From assembly GCA_963978095.1 (NCBI GenBank), contig CAXBQP010000070.1:1-11061 (forward strand): a DNA stretch of 11,061 bases. Reading direction: 5' to 3'. A program made the position numbers and the translations under genes. The notes under the pieces were generated by a model, which was not told the origin of the DNA, made no database searches, and saw only the letters and a list, made by a program, of their open reading frames with translations. Positions within the stretch are counted from its first letter, which is position 1, and each line of letters starts with the position of its first letter. This document shows, in pieces, positions 8,204 through 11,061 of the stretch. Origin of the DNA: an uncultured bacterium. GTDB lineage: Bacteria > Gemmatimonadota > Gemmatimonadetes > Gemmatimonadales > Gemmatimonadaceae.

Positions 8204-8805
8204 TACCAGAGTCGAAGCACCAGCACGCCGGTGGCGATGGCGATCAGCTGCCCGATCACCACGTCCCCCGGGTAGTGCGCACCGACGCGCACCCGCGAGA
8301 ACCCGACGATCGTCGCGATCCCGAGCATCGGCCAAGCCAGCGAGTGGAAGGTGAAGGCGTGAATGAACGCCACGCTCATCGCGGCCGCGGAGTGTCCGGA
8401 CGGGAACGAGAAGCGGTCCGGCAGCCGCACATGCGCGATCAGGTGCACGCGTTCGGTGGGGCGCACCCGCACCACGTTGCGCTTGATGACCTGCACGATC
8501 AGATGCGAGATCCCCAGCGTCCACGCGGCTTGGACGGCGGCGATCTTGTACGCGTCTTCGGCGAAGCCGAGGGGGATGAAGGCGATGAGGATGCTCGCCG
8601 TCACCCCGCCGACGTGCGTGAGCATCTTCCAGAAACTCAGCGTCAGCGCAGGCGCGGACTCGGCCAGGACGAGGCGCAGATACCACGCACGGTCCTGCGC
8701 GTCGAGTCGCTGGATGAGCGCATGCTGCAACATGCGTTGCAATCTAACGGAGCGCGGCCGGAAAGAGGGGTTCGCGAGGCTCGGTGTCGGTGTCGAGGAT
8801 GGCAT
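8203..8805 (-). CDS. PAP2-family integral-membrane phosphatase
   Basis: All three catalytic motifs are present: KRNVVRVRP (Kx6RP), FPSGH and SRVRVGAHYPGD (SRx5Hx3D). Several hydrophobic segments. ATG 8805 lies 1 nt after the upstream gene's TGA. Confidence 0.92.
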   Translation of the reverse strand: MPSSTPTPSLANPSFRPRSVRLQRMLQHALIQRLDAQDRAWYLRLVLAESAPALTLSFWKMLTHVGGVTASILIAFIPLGFAEDAYKIAAVQAAWTLGISHLIVQVIKRNVVRVRPTERVHLIAHVRLPDRFSFPSGHSAAAMSVAFIHAFTFHSLAWPMLGIATIVGFSRVRVGAHYPGDVVIGQLIAIATGVLVLRLW

Positions 8806-8806
8806 G

Positions 8807-9661
8807 TCAGGCCGCGACCGGGAGGGCGTAGAGGATGCTGGTGAGTGCGCGTCCGCCGTAGGACGCCGGGCGGGGAACGCCGAGGCTCCAGAGGATCGTC
8901 GCGGGCACATCGAGCAGGCTGCACGGCTCCGGCAGCGGTGCGCGGACCACACTCCCGCCGGCGAAGATCACGGGAATCACGTTGTCCAGCGGATGGTCGC
9001 TGTCGTGATCCTTGGGATGCGCACCACCGCCGCCGTGATCGGCGAGCACGACCAGCAACTGAGAGGGATCGTCCAGATCCATGAGGTCGACGACGGTACC
9101 GAGCGCCCGATCCATCGAGCGCGCGGCGCGGCCGTACTCCTCCGACATCCAGCCGTGCGCATGTCCCGCGCGGTCCGCGTCCGGCCAGTGCATGACCATG
9201 AGACCCCGCCGCTGGCTGAGGATCTGCCGACGCGCCGCATCGACGATGGCGTGGGCATCATCCCCGCTGAACCGGGCCTCTCCCACACCCAGCACCGACG
9301 CCGCCTGATTGGCGAACGGGCGCATCAGCGGCCCGACCTGCGCCATGAAAGCCGAGGTCGGGTACGAGTGCGATGCGAGCACGCGCGGCAGCGGATGCAA
9401 CATCCCCTTGGGTCGCGGGAGCCGGAACTGATCCGATTGCACACCGTGGTAGTCGGGGGCCGCCCCCGTGAGCAGGCTCGTCATGGCACAGGCCGTCACA
9501 CTCGGACGCACCGTGCGCGCATGGAGCGTGCTCGCGCCGCGCTCGGCGAGTCGCGCCACGGTCACGAGTTCGAACCGTCGAATCGCATCGGGGCGGAGCC
9601 CATCCAATACCACCAGCACCACGCGGCGTACGGGACCTGCGAACTCGTGACTCGGCGTCAT
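8807..9661 (-). CDS. Alkaline-phosphatase-superfamily (NPP/type I phosphodiesterase-like) enzyme without signal peptide
   Basis: VVLVVLDGLRPD, the nucleophile region PSVT...SLLTG, metal ligands DRAGH and ADHGG, a later His (KDHDSDH) and C-terminal LLDVPATIL. SD-like AGGAG lies upstream of ATG 9661. Confidence 0.88.
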   Translation of the reverse strand: MTPSHEFAGPVRRVVLVVLDGLRPDAIRRFELVTVARLAERGASTLHARTVRPSVTACAMTSLLTGAAPDYHGVQSDQFRLPRPKGMLHPLPRVLASHSYPTSAFMAQVGPLMRPFANQAASVLGVGEARFSGDDAHAIVDAARRQILSQRRGLMVMHWPDADRAGHAHGWMSEEYGRAARSMDRALGTVVDLMDLDDPSQLLVVLADHGGGGAHPKDHDSDHPLDNVIPVIFAGGSVVRAPLPEPCSLLDVPATILWSLGVPRPASYGGRALTSILYALPVAA

Positions 9662-9797
9662 TCGCTGTTCTCCTCTGGGGGTCCACGGCGCACCCTGTGC
9701 CCGCCGCTCACCCAAGGAATCACGCCGCCCTCCGTGACACCTGTCGCACGACGAGGTCCCAGTCCGGTCACGGAATCCGTCCGCCGGTGCGACGTGA

Positions 9798-9826
9798 CCG
9801 TAACACCACTGTCACGCACCTGTCGC
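9798..9826 (+). promoter_or_regulatory. Putative Pho-box array (three heptamers at 11-bp period)
   Basis: CCGTAAC(9798)-ACCA-CTGTCAC(9809)-GCAC-CTGTCGC(9820) matches the PhoB CTGTCAY-N4 direct-repeat architecture and sits between divergent phosphatase and glycosyltransferase genes. Confidence 0.6.
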
Positions 9827-9850
9827 ATGACCGCACCAACGTGCGACATC

Positions 9851-11059
9851 ATGCGCATCCTCTACTGCACGGACACGTACCTGCCGCAGATCAACGGCGT
9901 CTCGATCGTCACCGCGCTGTCGGTCGCGGGACTTCGCGACCGGGGCTGGGAGGTTCGGATCATCGGACCAGCATACCCCGGGGCGACCGAGGACGTACGC
10001 CGTGGACCCGCAGCTCCCGCAGGTCCCGCAGTGATCAGCTACCGCGGGTTGCGCAGTCTGCCGTTGCCGATCTATCCCGACATCCGGATCACGGTGCCGA
10101 ACGCGCGCGCCGTGGAGCGGGAGATCCGGGATTTCCAGCCCGACATCGTGCACTGCGCGACGGAGTTCGTGATCGGCCAGCTGGCCATGCGCGTCGCGCA
10201 CCGACTAGGGATTCCGGTCGTCACATCGTATCACACCAACTTCGGCCAATACGCGGCAGCGTACGGCATGGGGGTGATCCGAGCGGCGGTGGAGCGCTAC
10301 CTGCGCGCCTTTCATGACCGAGCGGTCGCGACGCTCACGCCGTCGGATGTCTCACGACAGCATCTGCTCGGCATGGGAATCGCGCACGCGCAACGGTGGG
10401 GATGCGGCGTGGATTCCACGCGATTCAATCCCCAGCACCGGTCGACCGTGCTCCGCGAGAGCTTGGGCCTCGGCACCGCGTTCACGATCCTCTACGTCGG
10501 TCGCCTGGCCCCGGAGAAACAGGTAGAGACCGTCGTGCGCAGCTATGCCGCCGCGCGGCGCGTCCTCCCGCCTGGCGCCATCCGGCTGGTCATTGCGGGC
10601 ACAGGGCCACGGGAGGAGGCGCTGCGCCAACTCGCCCCGACGGACACACTCTTCCTCGGACACTTGGACCGCGAACGCGGACTGCCAGCGCTCTACGCGA
10701 GTGCGGACGCCTTCGCGTTCGCCTCCTGCACGGAAACATTGGGGCTCGTGGTGCTCGAAGCGATGGCGAGCGGCCTGCCGGTGATCGCCACCCCCGCCGG
10801 TGGCGTCGCGGAGCATCTCGTGGACGGCGTGAACGGGATCGCGGTCGCTCCAAACGACGCCGTCAGCATGGCCGCGGCGATGGTCCGACTGGTGCGTGCG
10901 CCCGCGCAGCGCCGCACGCTCCAGACGGGCGCCGTGCGTACGGCAGCGTTGCTGGACTGGTCCGACGAACTGAACCGCCTGGACGCCGTGTACCGGCGCG
11001 CGGTCGCCGGCGCGGGAGCCGCCGACCGGACTATGCCGGGCCTGCGGCGGGTATCGTGA
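9851..11059 (+). CDS. GT4 (GT-B fold) glycosyltransferase, related to the 6998-8203 enzyme
   Basis: MRILYCTDTYLPQINGVS, SYHTNF, CGVD, YVGRLAPEK, YASADAFAFAS and ETLGLVVLEAMASG. This is only the last 402 aa of the 898-aa ORF in the track; ATG 9827 is an alternative start. Confidence 0.92.
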   Translation: MRILYCTDTYLPQINGVSIVTALSVAGLRDRGWEVRIIGPAYPGATEDVRRGPAAPAGPAVISYRGLRSLPLPIYPDIRITVPNARAVEREIRDFQPDIVHCATEFVIGQLAMRVAHRLGIPVVTSYHTNFGQYAAAYGMGVIRAAVERYLRAFHDRAVATLTPSDVSRQHLLGMGIAHAQRWGCGVDSTRFNPQHRSTVLRESLGLGTAFTILYVGRLAPEKQVETVVRSYAAARRVLPPGAIRLVIAGTGPREEALRQLAPTDTLFLGHLDRERGLPALYASADAFAFASCTETLGLVVLEAMASGLPVIATPAGGVAEHLVDGVNGIAVAPNDAVSMAAAMVRLVRAPAQRRTLQTGAVRTAALLDWSDELNRLDAVYRRAVAGAGAADRTMPGLRRVS

Positions 11060-11061
11060 AC

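Noticed and set aside
8363..11059. 898-aa ORF suggesting a GT4 with a large N-terminal domain
   Set aside because: The N-terminal ~496 aa are the antisense shadow of the PAP2 and AP-family genes plus the spacer. GT4 motifs begin at 9851.
1..11061. Many other Arg/Pro/Ala-rich alternative-frame ORFs in the track; mobile, defence or RNA elements
   Set aside because: These ORFs overlap well-supported genes and carry no recognisable motifs. I saw no transposase, integrase, tRNA/rRNA or obvious compositional island.

Overview
High-GC bacterial chromosomal DNA. Gene style and content suggest Gemmatimonadota, which is an inference. The left part holds the 3' end of purE, purK, a decayed fragment of a PNPOx/NimA-like flavin-binding gene, an exported DmpA/P1-family peptidase divergent from holB-moaC, an MltD-like lytic transglycosylase lipoprotein with a histone-H1-like Lys/Ala/Pro tail, and a divergent class-A beta-lactamase-fold lipoprotein. 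The right part (6998-11059) is the most interesting. It is a divergent cluster: a signal-less alkaline-phosphatase/NPP-superfamily enzyme, a PAP2 phosphatase and a GT4 glycosyltransferase on the minus strand, and a second related GT4 on the plus strand. The 189-bp spacer between the two arms carries an 11-bp-period Pho-box-like array. The cluster looks like a phosphate-starvation phospholipid-to-glycolipid remodelling module that may not use the canonical PlcP phospholipase (hypothesis). Several genes have a -10-like hexamer just before the start codon, consistent with leaderless mRNAs. I found no RNA genes, CRISPR arrays or mobile elements.
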